The notes under the pieces are model-generated. The model was not told where the DNA came from. It saw nothing but the letters and a program-made list of their open reading frames with translations, and ran no database searches. The position numbers were made by a program, and so were the translations under genes. Source: a virus. Taken from it: 64,000 bases of DNA. Shown piece after piece: positions 48,942 to 58,604 of the stretch; position 1 is the stretch's first letter, and the number at the start of each line of letters is the position of its first letter. The stretch lies in IMG/VR virus record IMGVR_UViG_3300005590_000001, positions 1 to 64,000 of that record. The stretch is one strand, 5' to 3'.

Positions 48942-49937
48942 TCACTTCCCATACTTTCTAAAGATAGAAGAAATTTCATCAACAATAATAGAATCTAAAT
49001 CTTTATGCGCCCGCTCTATGTTGCCGTAATGAGATTCTAAACAATTCATTAGTAATGCCCGAATAAAATTTTCATTCGGTCGATCTGGTAATTTAGAAGT
49101 TTCTTTTAATCTTTCAAGTCTATGTTCAGCCTCTTGAAACCATCGAATTATTTCTTTTTCCGGCACCTCAGCATTACGGATAGCTTTCATCTTTGCTACT
49201 CGACCAGATTCTTGAAGATCTAAATCGCCGTGAGTAAGCATATATTCAGCTTGAGATACTAGACGATATACATGATATGCAAACTTAAGATCAAATCCAT
49301 GAATCTTTTGTGATTCAAATCTCTTACTTTTATTTACACCATCGACGTAAATCTCTAAGTATTTAGAATTACCAAGAGTTTGAGCTTCTGCAAATGTAGT
49401 ACTGTGTGGTATTCCAGCACTTTCTTCAAAGCTCCATATTAAAGCACAGCTTTTCTTTGCTTTCTTTAAATCAGTAAGTTGACCGTAAGCATATCCCTTA
49501 AACGTATTGAATAAACCTTTATGTAAAAAGCCGCGTCTATTTTCTCTAATGATTTCAAATGCTTGAGTGATATGTTTGATACATTCACGAGGAACAAATA
49601 GAGAGTCAATAATATTTGGATTATTTTTTCTTAGAAGCTGAAAATATTTAGCTATATTAAAGATTTGAAAGTCATAATGTTTCTTAGAAGATTTATCTTG
49701 CACATCATGTTGAAGCCAGTTATTAAAAACCTTAGTGTCAATATCAAAACCGTGTATTACATTTGGTTTGAAAAGATATTCTTTCGGCGGAATTGCAACG
49801 CCGTACATATCAAGGTCAGACCATTCCGTAGCAACACCATACGCTTGACTACCCATCACAGTTAGATAATGAGTATTACTTGGTAACCAAGTAGGTGGTT
49901 CAATTAGTTTCTTTTCTACTAAGTCTTGAAGTAACAT
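48942..49937 (-). CDS. Pol-beta superfamily nucleotidyltransferase (RlaP/YcgL-like)
   Basis: GSQAYG...SDLD, NNPNIID, GYAYGQ, KFAYHVYRL. Confidence 0.85.
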   Translation of the reverse strand: MLLQDLVEKKLIEPPTWLPSNTHYLTVMGSQAYGVATEWSDLDMYGVAIPPKEYLFKPNVIHGFDIDTKVFNNWLQHDVQDKSSKKHYDFQIFNIAKYFQLLRKNNPNIIDSLFVPRECIKHITQAFEIIRENRRGFLHKGLFNTFKGYAYGQLTDLKKAKKSCALIWSFEESAGIPHSTTFAEAQTLGNSKYLEIYVDGVNKSKRFESQKIHGFDLKFAYHVYRLVSQAEYMLTHGDLDLQESGRVAKMKAIRNAEVPEKEIIRWFQEAEHRLERLKETSKLPDRPNENFIRALLMNCLESHYGNIERAHKDLDSIIVDEISSIFRKYGK

Positions 49938-50177
49938 TAATGACCATTCTTTTTTCTATAACTTTGCAACCGCATAAATGGAATAGCAATTATAAAACCA
50001 GCACATATTAATATAAGCATTAAAAGTGTTAAGTACCAGAATACCAAAAATGGTATTGGACAATCCCAATCCTCTGATGGAACTTTTGCATATTTTGATG
50101 GATATAATATAAAAAAACAAAGTCGGAATGTCCAAAACAATAAGAGTGGTCCCATCAGTATAAAAAATACTAATGTA

Positions 50178-50567
50178 TCAGACATTATTTAGGAATTCCT
50201 TAACCAAATTAATATCCGGCACATAACCGGCCGACTTCAAAGCATTACAAACAACACCGATTTTCTTACCGTCATTCTTAGGTAAAGCTTTCCCATCCAT
50301 CACTTTTTCAATATCGCCGATAGTCAATTTAGGAATAAATTCCTTCAGTAGTTCATTTTCCCTTTGTAATTTATTGTCAGGTTTGTGTGCAAGAGATTCT
50401 TCATTAGACTTAATGAGTTTATTGATTCGACTAAGTACAAACGAGTCAGTTGTATCATTTGCAGAATCGCACTCATAAAGGATTACACAATAGACATCAA
50501 TCGCTAATTGATTCTTAAGTTTACGTGCTTGTAATCTGTTTGCTTTAATAGTATCATATAGTGACAT
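50178..50567 (-). CDS. YqeY-like protein
   Basis: LYDTIK..RLQARK...D..VL..I.KLIKSNEES...ENELLKEFIP. Confidence 0.55.
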   Translation of the reverse strand: MSLYDTIKANRLQARKLKNQLAIDVYCVILYECDSANDTTDSFVLSRINKLIKSNEESLAHKPDNKLQRENELLKEFIPKLTIGDIEKVMDGKALPKNDGKKIGVVCNALKSAGYVPDINLVKEFLNNV

Positions 50568-51204
50568 TGTTTAACCTTTTAACTTCCTTACTATTGGCTT
50601 GCTCTTTGTGGGATAGAGTAATGTATTTGCCGTACTTACCATGATAAAAGAAACCACAACAATCATTATAAGATCCAGTAAATGGATAAAATACATCACA
50701 TGCGGTCGGTCTGAATATTTGATAGTGATATGTTAATTTGCTACTTGGAGAAGATTTTTTGCTTATCTGTTTTAGAGGTGAAGCTTTTACTCTATACCAA
50801 ATATTGTTATATTTATAAAATAATTGGTTATCAAGCTCAATCAAATTATACTGTTTCTTTTCACGGCGATATGGTTTGCGTTTAAATTTTTGTAAAGTTT
50901 GAGTCCTAGGGCAAACATAAAAACATAATCTCATGTAAGATTTTAGAAGTTCATCCTTAGAATCATACAACTTACCATCTTTAATGATAGTATCTTGATC
51001 TACGTACAACTCTATACAATAATCAGCACGTGATCTTTTCCAGCCTTTGTATTTAGTACAAATTTTAGAATAAACATTATCCCATTTTTGACCAATACTA
51101 CCTTTGAGAAGCTTTAGTACTTCATCAAATACAGTGTCACGTTTACCTTTATCTGGATAATAGTGAGGCTTACGCCATTGTTTACGCATGCTTTCTTTGG
51201 TCAT
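50554..51204 (-). CDS. Hypothetical basic protein
   Basis: IGQKWDNVYSKIC motif; start likely MTKES. Confidence 0.5.
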   Translation of the reverse strand: MTKESMRKQWRKPHYYPDKGKRDTVFDEVLKLLKGSIGQKWDNVYSKICTKYKGWKRSRADYCIELYVDQDTIIKDGKLYDSKDELLKSYMRLCFYVCPRTQTLQKFKRKPYRREKKQYNLIELDNQLFYKYNNIWYRVKASPLKQISKKSSPSSKLTYHYQIFRPTACDVFYPFTGSYNDCCGFFYHGKYGKYITLSHKEQANSKEVKRLNNVTI

Positions 51205-51369
51205 GATAGTAAAATTAAAAATGCAAAGAATAAAAGCCAGCCAGAAATTGATTCCTGACCTAAGAATGAAGATATAACAGCAAGTACAGACAGACTGATA
51301 CAAAGTAAAGCTTTGGCCCATAGTCTATATAATGTAAATTTATTTTCGTCCATTGTATTTTCCTTTAAA

Positions 51370-51391
51370 TAACCCCGGGTGGACTTGAACC
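51370..51391 (-). pseudogene. Orphan tRNA 3' fragment
   Basis: GGTTCAAGTCCAC-CCGGGGTTA directly upstream of the HNH promoter. Confidence 0.6.
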
Positions 51392-51417
51392 TTTATTTTA
51401 AAGGTTCGACTGTAAAT

Positions 51418-51428
51418 TGCGTAATATA
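51418..51428 (+). promoter_or_regulatory. TGCGTAATATA putative phage promoter
   Basis: Identical 11-mer to 43940-43950, followed by an AGGAGG RBS. Confidence 0.55.
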
Positions 51429-51443
51429 CGCTAGGAGGTTATA

Positions 51444-52073
51444 ATGACATATAAAGTATCTGATGATGATTTTAAATCATCAATTGAAAAATCAAACAAT
51501 ATAGGTGAAGCACTTAAAAATATGGGGTACACAACAGCATCACAAAATTATAGGATGTTCAATAAAAGAGTAAAACAATTAAATATTGATATTAGTCATT
51601 TTAATGCAAAACGCTGGGAGCGTAATAAGTTTATAAAAAAACCTATTGAAGAATTTCTTCAAAAGAATCGGTGTGTGAATAGTAGTAATCTAAAGAAAAG
51701 GTTGATTAATGAAGGCTTCTTAGAAAACAAATGTTATGAATGTAACATAACAGACTGGCAAAATAAAAAACTTGTAATGCATTTAGAACACAAAGATGGT
51801 GATCCTCTTAATAATGAATTAAGCAATTTAACTTTATTATGTCCTAATTGTCATTCACAAACAAGTACATATTGTCGTGGACAAAAAAGAAAAAAACACA
51901 CAAAAAACAAAAGAAATAAACCTAGATTTCATTTAAGAAAAGTTGAGCGTCCACCTCTTGAAGTTTTAGAACAAGATGTGAAAATTTTAGGTTATTTAGG
52001 TACTGGAAGAAAATATAAAGTTAGTGATAACGCTATTAGAAAATGGATCAAATATTATAAAAATAGCCCTTGA
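51444..52073 (+). CDS. HNH endonuclease, paralog of 43982-44647
   Basis: CYEC...HLEHKDGDPLNNELSNLTLLCPNCH; VSDNAIRKW. Confidence 0.9.
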   Translation: MTYKVSDDDFKSSIEKSNNIGEALKNMGYTTASQNYRMFNKRVKQLNIDISHFNAKRWERNKFIKKPIEEFLQKNRCVNSSNLKKRLINEGFLENKCYECNITDWQNKKLVMHLEHKDGDPLNNELSNLTLLCPNCHSQTSTYCRGQKRKKHTKNKRNKPRFHLRKVERPPLEVLEQDVKILGYLGTGRKYKVSDNAIRKWIKYYKNSP

Positions 52074-52134
52074 CGGGATCGAACCGCCGTATGCAACTCC
52101 AAAAGTTGCCGTCTTACCATTAGACGAAAGGGCA
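52064..52134 (-). tRNA. tRNA-Gln(TTG), no CCA
   Basis: GCAAC-TTTTGGA-GTTGC, GGCGG-TTCGATC-CCGTC, U1 mismatch typical of Gln. Confidence 0.9.
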
Positions 52135-52142
52135 TCATTTTA

Positions 52143-52502
52143 TTAAATCGGCGGAATTGCAACTGCCAAACAACCAGCTTGGATAATATCATTCATGAGT
52201 TGCTGCCGTGCATCAAACAAACTATTCAGTAGAGTTTGAATGTCGTCCAATGCTTGTTGATCATCTTCAGACAATCCACCCTCATCCAGCCATTTTTGAA
52301 GAAGATCGTTTTGTTGCTGAATAAGAAGCAACATAAAATCGTTTAAGGCAATGAGTTGATCCAACTTATTCCAACAATACAAATAAGTACCCATTGGTGG
52401 ATCAATATTTGTTTCAATATACGGATCTGGAACTGGAGTAAGTTCTGCTTGTGGTTGAGAGAAAGCACAAAGTAGAGAAAGGAGAATAGCCGGTGTGTTC
52501 AT
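52143..52502 (-). CDS. Secreted hypothetical protein
   Basis: Signal peptide MNTPAILLSLLCAFS. Confidence 0.55.
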   Translation of the reverse strand: MNTPAILLSLLCAFSQPQAELTPVPDPYIETNIDPPMGTYLYCWNKLDQLIALNDFMLLLIQQQNDLLQKWLDEGGLSEDDQQALDDIQTLLNSLFDARQQLMNDIIQAGCLAVAIPPI

Positions 52503-52605
52503 TTAGTTTTTCCTGCATCAATAAAAGTAACAGTTAAGTATACGCCGACAACTAACATAGTACCGGCAACTAAAATTTGAGATAAGTTCATACTGAACTC
52601 CACAA

Positions 52606-52678
52606 TACTACCGGAAGGATTCGAACCCTCGACCATTTGGGTAGAAACCAAACGCTCTATCCACTGAGCTACGGTAGC
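52606..52678 (-). tRNA. tRNA-Arg(TCT), second copy, no CCA
   Basis: GCTACCG...TTTGG-TTTCTAC-CCAAA...GAGGG-TTCGAAT-CCTTC-CGGTAGT-A. Confidence 0.9.
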
Positions 52679-53825
52679 TTATTTTTAAAAAGTTTTCTAT
52701 CCACCCTTCTCTCCAAAGCCTCATACTTTTTTTCTATTTGAAATATAATGCTGAGAATTTGTGCCAACATCAGAAAGATTATACCCGGCCACATATGGTA
52801 TGGATATTTATCTGTGGATATTATTAGACTAATTCCACCAATAATTAGTAGAAGGATCCAAATATTTTTCATCATTGATATACAATCCACGCCATATACG
52901 GCGGACTTGCCAAATTACATAGAGGATGAAGATAGATACAAAGATATAAGTATCAATTTCCATCCTCGTGAAATTTGTGAACATTAAGAATTTCATACTG
53001 TTGCTGTTTCAAAGATTGAATGATGGCCTGTACTTGCGGCCCTCTGCAAATTTTAGCTCCGTAAGAATAATCTTCGAAGTCTTCATAGTAAATGTGTTCT
53101 CGATATGAGATTACGTAGAGAATCTTTTCATCGTCCATTTTCTTCAGACTCAGTTATTGTTTCTTCATCAAGTTGGATCCATTCAAAATGACTGGTAGTG
53201 GGATTATATCGGCCGACTCCAGCTTCTACAGCGTCTATTTCCCAAAGATCATTATTGATCGATAATGAAATATTACATACTATAAACCAGAATAAACTAG
53301 ATAAAAGTACTCCAAGTTCGAAATCTTGATCACGCATCTTCAGAATCTTCCTCAAAAAGAAAGTAACGAATCTTGTAAGCACCGAGATGAATATTTTCGG
53401 CTAAATATTTATCGGCGACTTCTTCGCAGTTAAAGGTTAGGAATTCATTTTTGTGTTCCAGAGGAATAACGACGGCGAATTGCTCTTCGTTCATAATAGA
53501 ATCCTTTTGGTTTGATAATATACGCATACTAGTCTACCACATTATAGTTTTCAAACATAAATATTATTCCAATTGCATCTATGAGAATATCCTAACATTC
53601 TCAAGTACCAAGGAATTTCAGGTAAATCTTCTGGTGTCAATCCCGGTTCCCAAAAATGGCAGTTATAAACACCCGGTATTCTAGTACCTCTATAATCACG
53701 GGCCTCTTCATTAAGACACCAAAGTGTTACTGCACCACGCAAAAAGAAACAGTCTGAACATGACTTCTTTTCAGCATCTGGTTTTTTAGATTCATGAATA
53801 AATCTTTGCATTGTTTACTCCAAAG

Positions 53826-54291
53826 TAGCACCGGTGGGAGTCGAACCCACATGGGGTATTCACCCCCTCAGATTTTAAGTCTGCATACCACTACAGTTTT
53901 CACTGCCTAAGTTTTTTACCCCTTTAATTCCTGCTGAACTTATCCGAGTTTCTATGAACTGAATCATATTCAGGGGTACAGGGTTTAGTTTGTGGTCTGG
54001 ACTATCCCTTTAGCTTTGCCTAAGCTTTAGCTAGGTGATTATAGTCTCTGCACCTTCTGTGTTGTCTGGCTTTATTTATCCCACTTGAATAAGTACCAGC
54101 TTAGGGTGTATCTAGAATTCCAACACAGCTTGGCTCAGGGTTCCCATACGAGTTAGCATAAAGCTAAGTCATCCTATTTGCTCACGCTCAAGGTTTTCTT
54201 CACGCTTAGGGTTCTCTGAATTTACACCATTTAGACATGGCTTTCACCATGAATGCACCTTATGATGCGTATGCCGTTCCGCCACGATGCC
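53826..54291 (-). tRNA. tRNA-Leu(TAA) split by a group I intron (exon 1 54291-54265; exon 2 53883-53826)
   Basis: Joined exons give a type II cloverleaf: TCAGA-CTTAAAA-TCTGA and variable arm GGGG-TGAATA-CCCC. Confidence 0.9.
53884..54264 (-). mobile_element. ORF-less group I intron (IC3-like), 381 nt, inserted at tRNA position 27/28
   Basis: P AAATTCAGAGAAC, Q AACCCTGAGCCAAG, R GAAGGTGCAGAGACT, S AAAGGGATAGTCC; P1 GCAU/GUGC with U.G pair; terminal G. Confidence 0.92.
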
Positions 54292-55126
54292 ATTAATTAC
54301 TTATTTTCATTCTTTTTAATATCAACCATAGTATCTCCAAGCAATATCAATACTGCTACAGTAGTTGCACCACACAATAATCCAGATACAATACAGCCTG
54401 TTCCCGCAACTTCAGGATCTATTGCTAAGGTTTTTACTAAATATTCATGTAAGAAGGTTAAACCTAAAACAACAAATGGAAGGACCATAATAGATCCAAT
54501 CATTAACATTCGAATAAATATTTTCATACAGACTCCCCAAAAAGTTTCTCACAATCTTCAAAAGTAACTCTGATAGGATTTTTCTTGACCAGAGAAATCT
54601 CTACAAAAGTTCGATGAATTTTCTTAATCTTGATTTTACCGTACTCACTATGCTGTGCAATGGTACCAACTTTAAGTACTGGTGTTTGTGTTTTCATGAT
54701 AATGATATCAATCCCAATTCTAAAACCTCGAAACCTAAATCTGTCAACAGTTTTGATTGTTTTTCTAAATTGTCACACGGCCAATCTGGTTGATATGAAT
54801 ATACAGCTTCCATATCTTCGCTAAAATCTGGTATATCTAATCCTTCACCAGATTCATCTAAGTATCCATGTTTATCCCAAAATTCTTTTTTGGTTATACA
54901 CCAAGACAAAGTTTTCTTATCGCTTTTCATAATACCACCGCCGGGTTTCATTTCCCAGTGAGCGTCATCAATGAAAGGTAGGGCAACGAATCCTTCAAAG
55001 GGTAGCTTTTTTTCTCTTGCAGATTCAAATGCGGCTTTGACCCAACTTACAGCCTCTTTTGGAATACGTTCGGCACGAAGAGAGAATCCTTCCAACTCTT
55101 CGTACCAATCTTCAAACGTATCGTAC

Positions 55127-55501
55127 TTATAGCTCATTGATCTTAGCCAAAAGATCTGCTTCTGAAAGATTCTCAAGTGCAGCATCTTGCTTCCTTGAAA
55201 GAACTTCCAAATACTTATCTTTGAGTTCCTTACGAGCTTTAGCAGATCTAGCCTCTTCACTTTCCTGCTTTTTAACACTTAGTACATGAAGAACAAGATC
55301 AAATTGCAACTTGGTCAATTGATCTTCTTTAGTAGTCTCAGCAAGAAAATCTTCTTCTTCATTCTGTTTACGCTTACGGTTCAAAGCTTTGGCCATACGG
55401 TTAAGTTCAGCCATGCTGATATCCCACAAATCTTCTGTAGAAACCAAACCATGTTTGTCACTTTGAAATCGCAGCTTCAGACGTGTTGCTTTATCGAACA
55501 T
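55127..55501 (-). CDS. Phage hypothetical protein, likely partner of the upstream large gene
   Basis: MFDKATRLKLRF...TEDLWD motif, coiled coil. Confidence 0.65.
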   Translation of the reverse strand: MFDKATRLKLRFQSDKHGLVSTEDLWDISMAELNRMAKALNRKRKQNEEEDFLAETTKEDQLTKLQFDLVLHVLSVKKQESEEARSAKARKELKDKYLEVLSRKQDAALENLSEADLLAKINEL

Positions 55502-55513
55502 TTTAATTACCTT

Positions 55514-57589
55514 TCAAAATTTAACTTTAAGAGTACGTTGAAACTTACCGTCAACTTTAACGATAAGATGATTCCTTTGAGTGGATGAAAATCCTACTCC
55601 ACAAAGTTGCTCATCACTGTAATCAACTTTCATATTTGAAGCAAGTGCCTCAAAAACTTTTCTATGCGGATTCAAATCCTCCTGCAAAAATTCATTAAAG
55701 AAACCACGAGGACTATCCTCGTTTTTGCATCCTTCAAGAATGAAACAGTAATGCTTATTTCCAACTTGTTTTTCATGCCAGAAATTGGGACTAAACATCA
55801 TACATTTAACACGTGTAAACTGATTAGTATCTACTCCCCAAATACTACGTGTAGATTGATTAGATTGTAGAATGGGATTGATTGTAAATCCACCTTGTTT
55901 TTTATTGAACTCTACCTTGCATACATGAATAGATTGATGACCATCTAACGGCTTATCATATTCAAATTCATGAATCTCGCCATCACACTCAATTTGAGCT
56001 TTAAATCCAGCTTTAGAACGACCACTAAAATAATTATGCACATAGAATGTATAAGATCCACCTCTCATCTTTTCAGTATTGGGCCAATAAATATTTTCTA
56101 CCGCGACTCCTCTGGGTGTGATAATATCTACATCTAAAGTACCGCCGGTTTTATGCCATTTTGGATACTTGCATGTGTGGAATGCAATTTCTGAATTGTC
56201 TGGACAAATACAGTGAGCATCAAAATCTATGACATTATCATTATTTTCATTCCACTGAATAGAGAATCTCATTATACCATTTACATTACCACCAGCATTC
56301 TTAACATTTTCTTTAATTTGGCTATCGGCGATGTTACCATTGTATGACCATGAAAAATTATTACCCCATTTAAACATACTTGGAGCATCTTTATTAACTG
56401 GTGCAACAATATTCATAAGATTCCTTTCATGCCTACCCTCAAGCATGACTTGAATCTCACGAGCTTTTGGCACTACATTTTTGATAAAGTCTTCAATAGA
56501 GATCTCCTCAACCTTATCAAACTTTTTCACATCGGCGGATTTCTTCACTGCTCCACCCATCAATTCATCAAAGACGTCACCTTCTTTCATATGTTCTCTG
56601 ACGTCACGATTTACAAAGATGATATCATTGACGGATATATCGGAAATAGTAGCATGTCTACGTTGCAATGATTTCGCGAATCCCATTTCGGCGATTTTAT
56701 TACGGGCAGCTTCAATCATCGCCTTGGTATAAATAGGTTGCGGCCGTTTATAATTCGCCGGAGCTACAACTCTTTCAAACTGTCGTACAGCCTTATCAAT
56801 ATCTACACCTTCTGATAAGTTAATCAACAACGTACCAATTGCCGTATTCCTAATACGCTGTGCAGAGTTATCGAACATATTGTTCCAACAGTAAATCAAA
56901 CGATTTTCGCCGTCTACTTTTTCAAATTGTTTCTTTGCCTTAACAAAGTCCGAAACTGATTTTTTAAATTCATCTCCGCGGTATAAAGATCCTTGATCAA
57001 TAAGTTCCAGCACTGTTTCGCCAGCATCCAAAGAAAGTTCTTCCATAGAACGTTTGAATACTTGCAATGTAGCTTCCATATTAGAAAGCTTACGGTTACG
57101 TGCAGTTTTATCTGGCAGGGCCATACTGCGAGGAACTTCGGCAAAGAAGTGATACCATGTTTTAACAGTACCATCTTCCATCATTTGTTTGTTACTTGAA
57201 CACTGACCAAGAATACGTTCTGGTGAAATGAAAACATTCTTGATTGTACATGTGTCTACATATGCTTTCATTGCGTTAATGACTTCTTGATAAGGATATT
57301 GAGAAGTTTCAAAATCCCACAATGAAACCATTTTACCATTTTCAATGTAGACAATCCCGCCGTAGTTCTTCAAAAATGCTCGGCAACAAGAACAATCATG
57401 CTCTCTTCTTTCCTTGTAAATCTCATTAGTACCTGCTGGAAAAGAATCAAGGTAAATCTGCCAAAGTTTATCAGGATCAATATCGGCAATAAAAAGTTGA
57501 GTATTCGAAGCAGTCAATGTGTTGAAATGTGCATCGAAATCTTTTCGAAACGCTTTGAATGGGTCCATATCGTGTTCCTTTGCGGACAA
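55514..57589 (-). CDS. Large phage protein with a YfaP/TerD-like C-terminal domain
   Basis: HDCSCCR; DFDAHC...LDVD...ENIYW...YVHN motifs. Confidence 0.6.
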   Translation of the reverse strand: MSAKEHDMDPFKAFRKDFDAHFNTLTASNTQLFIADIDPDKLWQIYLDSFPAGTNEIYKERREHDCSCCRAFLKNYGGIVYIENGKMVSLWDFETSQYPYQEVINAMKAYVDTCTIKNVFISPERILGQCSSNKQMMEDGTVKTWYHFFAEVPRSMALPDKTARNRKLSNMEATLQVFKRSMEELSLDAGETVLELIDQGSLYRGDEFKKSVSDFVKAKKQFEKVDGENRLIYCWNNMFDNSAQRIRNTAIGTLLINLSEGVDIDKAVRQFERVVAPANYKRPQPIYTKAMIEAARNKIAEMGFAKSLQRRHATISDISVNDIIFVNRDVREHMKEGDVFDELMGGAVKKSADVKKFDKVEEISIEDFIKNVVPKAREIQVMLEGRHERNLMNIVAPVNKDAPSMFKWGNNFSWSYNGNIADSQIKENVKNAGGNVNGIMRFSIQWNENNDNVIDFDAHCICPDNSEIAFHTCKYPKWHKTGGTLDVDIITPRGVAVENIYWPNTEKMRGGSYTFYVHNYFSGRSKAGFKAQIECDGEIHEFEYDKPLDGHQSIHVCKVEFNKKQGGFTINPILQSNQSTRSIWGVDTNQFTRVKCMMFSPNFWHEKQVGNKHYCFILEGCKNEDSPRGFFNEFLQEDLNPHRKVFEALASNMKVDYSDEQLCGVGFSSTQRNHLIVKVDGKFQRTLKVKF

Positions 57590-58017
57590 ATGAAAGTTCT
57601 GTTATTTGTAAAGTTGTGTTTTTAGATACACACAAGTATCGTGTGGCTTTTTCTTTAGAGATTCAAAAATTTCTTTTATACAAGATTCTTGTTCTGGAGG
57701 AATTTGGTTATCGTTAATAAAATAAGAGAGTTTTGATTCAATCACGATAAATGGTTTGGGACGCATCCAAGCACCATAGTCTTCATAAAGCCTTCTCTCT
57801 ACTTTTCGCTCTATTGTTTTTTGCGCAATAGTAATTTCAGCAGCATTTTTAGAGCATCTATAAAGACCTAGAAGCGACGGGCCGGTCTCATAATCCAAGT
57901 ATGAAGCTATATCTATAGAAAGATCATAATCTATTTTATTAATAAAATTCAACAGGATATAATTCTTAGCAACTGGATCCCAAACCAGTAATAAATCATC
58001 ATTCATTATTACACTCC

Positions 58018-58056
58018 AAAAAAATAGACCCTCCTGCTTGTCAGCAGTCAGGTCTA
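58018..58056 (-). terminator. Hairpin with a U tract in the leader of 57602-58006
   Basis: TAGACC...CTGCT/AGCAG...GGTCTA followed by a T7 run on the minus strand. Confidence 0.6.
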
Positions 58057-58095
58057 GTGATAAGTAACCTATATCTTTATTTCAACGTGTACCTT

Positions 58096-58126
58096 AATAT
58101 AGCATGAAATCAGAAAAGTAGGTCAA
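58096..58126 (-). promoter_or_regulatory. Possible sigma70-like promoter
   Basis: TTGACC-19 nt-TATATT with an extended TG; the spacer is long. Confidence 0.3.
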
Positions 58127-58165
58127 ATTTTGTCGGAATATCCGGCCGTTCTCAAAAATAGGAAT

Positions 58166-58292
58166 GGCGGGGTCTGGGTCGTATCAGCGAAACCAGCAGA
58201 CCCCGCCTGAGAGGCCCGGAGCGCGTCGCATAGGCGTTATGAGTGCCGGGTGGTGCGTCACCACCTTAGCACCACCCGTCGCCTTAGCGGGC
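58166..58292. ncRNA. GC-rich structured intergenic element, identity unknown
   Basis: 11-bp and 10-bp perfect stems in an otherwise AT-rich genome. Confidence 0.5.
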
Positions 58293-58604
58293 TTCTACGG
58301 AGCCTTGACTTCTCTCAAGAATTTCTTTTACTTTTTGTTTACGTTCTTTATGTTCTTTTTCTTTCTTATCATAAAGCTCATATATTGGTGTAATGTCATC
58401 AAAAACTTGTTCACACTTCAAACAGACCCTAATGGAATAAAATTTACTTGAAGTAAAAAAATCTGGTCTTAGTGATTTTTGACCCCTTTTTTCAAAACAA
58501 TCACACTCTATTTCGTAGAGAGACATAGTTTTGATAAGATAAAAATCATGTTGACACTCATCTGATTTGAAGAAACTTTTTATCCATGTAAAAAACTTAT
58601 TCAT
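58284..58604 (-). CDS. Hypothetical protein
   Basis: CQHDF...VCLKC. Confidence 0.55.
   Translation of the reverse strand: MNKFFTWIKSFFKSDECQHDFYLIKTMSLYEIECDCFEKRGQKSLRPDFFTSSKFYSIRVCLKCEQVFDDITPIYELYDKKEKEHKERKQKVKEILERSQGSVEAR

Noticed and set aside
58166-58292. tmRNA, SRP RNA, glycine riboswitch, hammerhead or HDV-like ribozyme
   Set aside because: Only isolated sub-motifs are present (CTCTCAGG, CTGAGAG, GCTAAG); the required conserved cores and topology were not found by eye.
58164-58451. + strand 95-aa ORF
   Set aside because: It overlaps the structured GC-rich element and the antisense strand of a real gene, and has no recognisable protein features.
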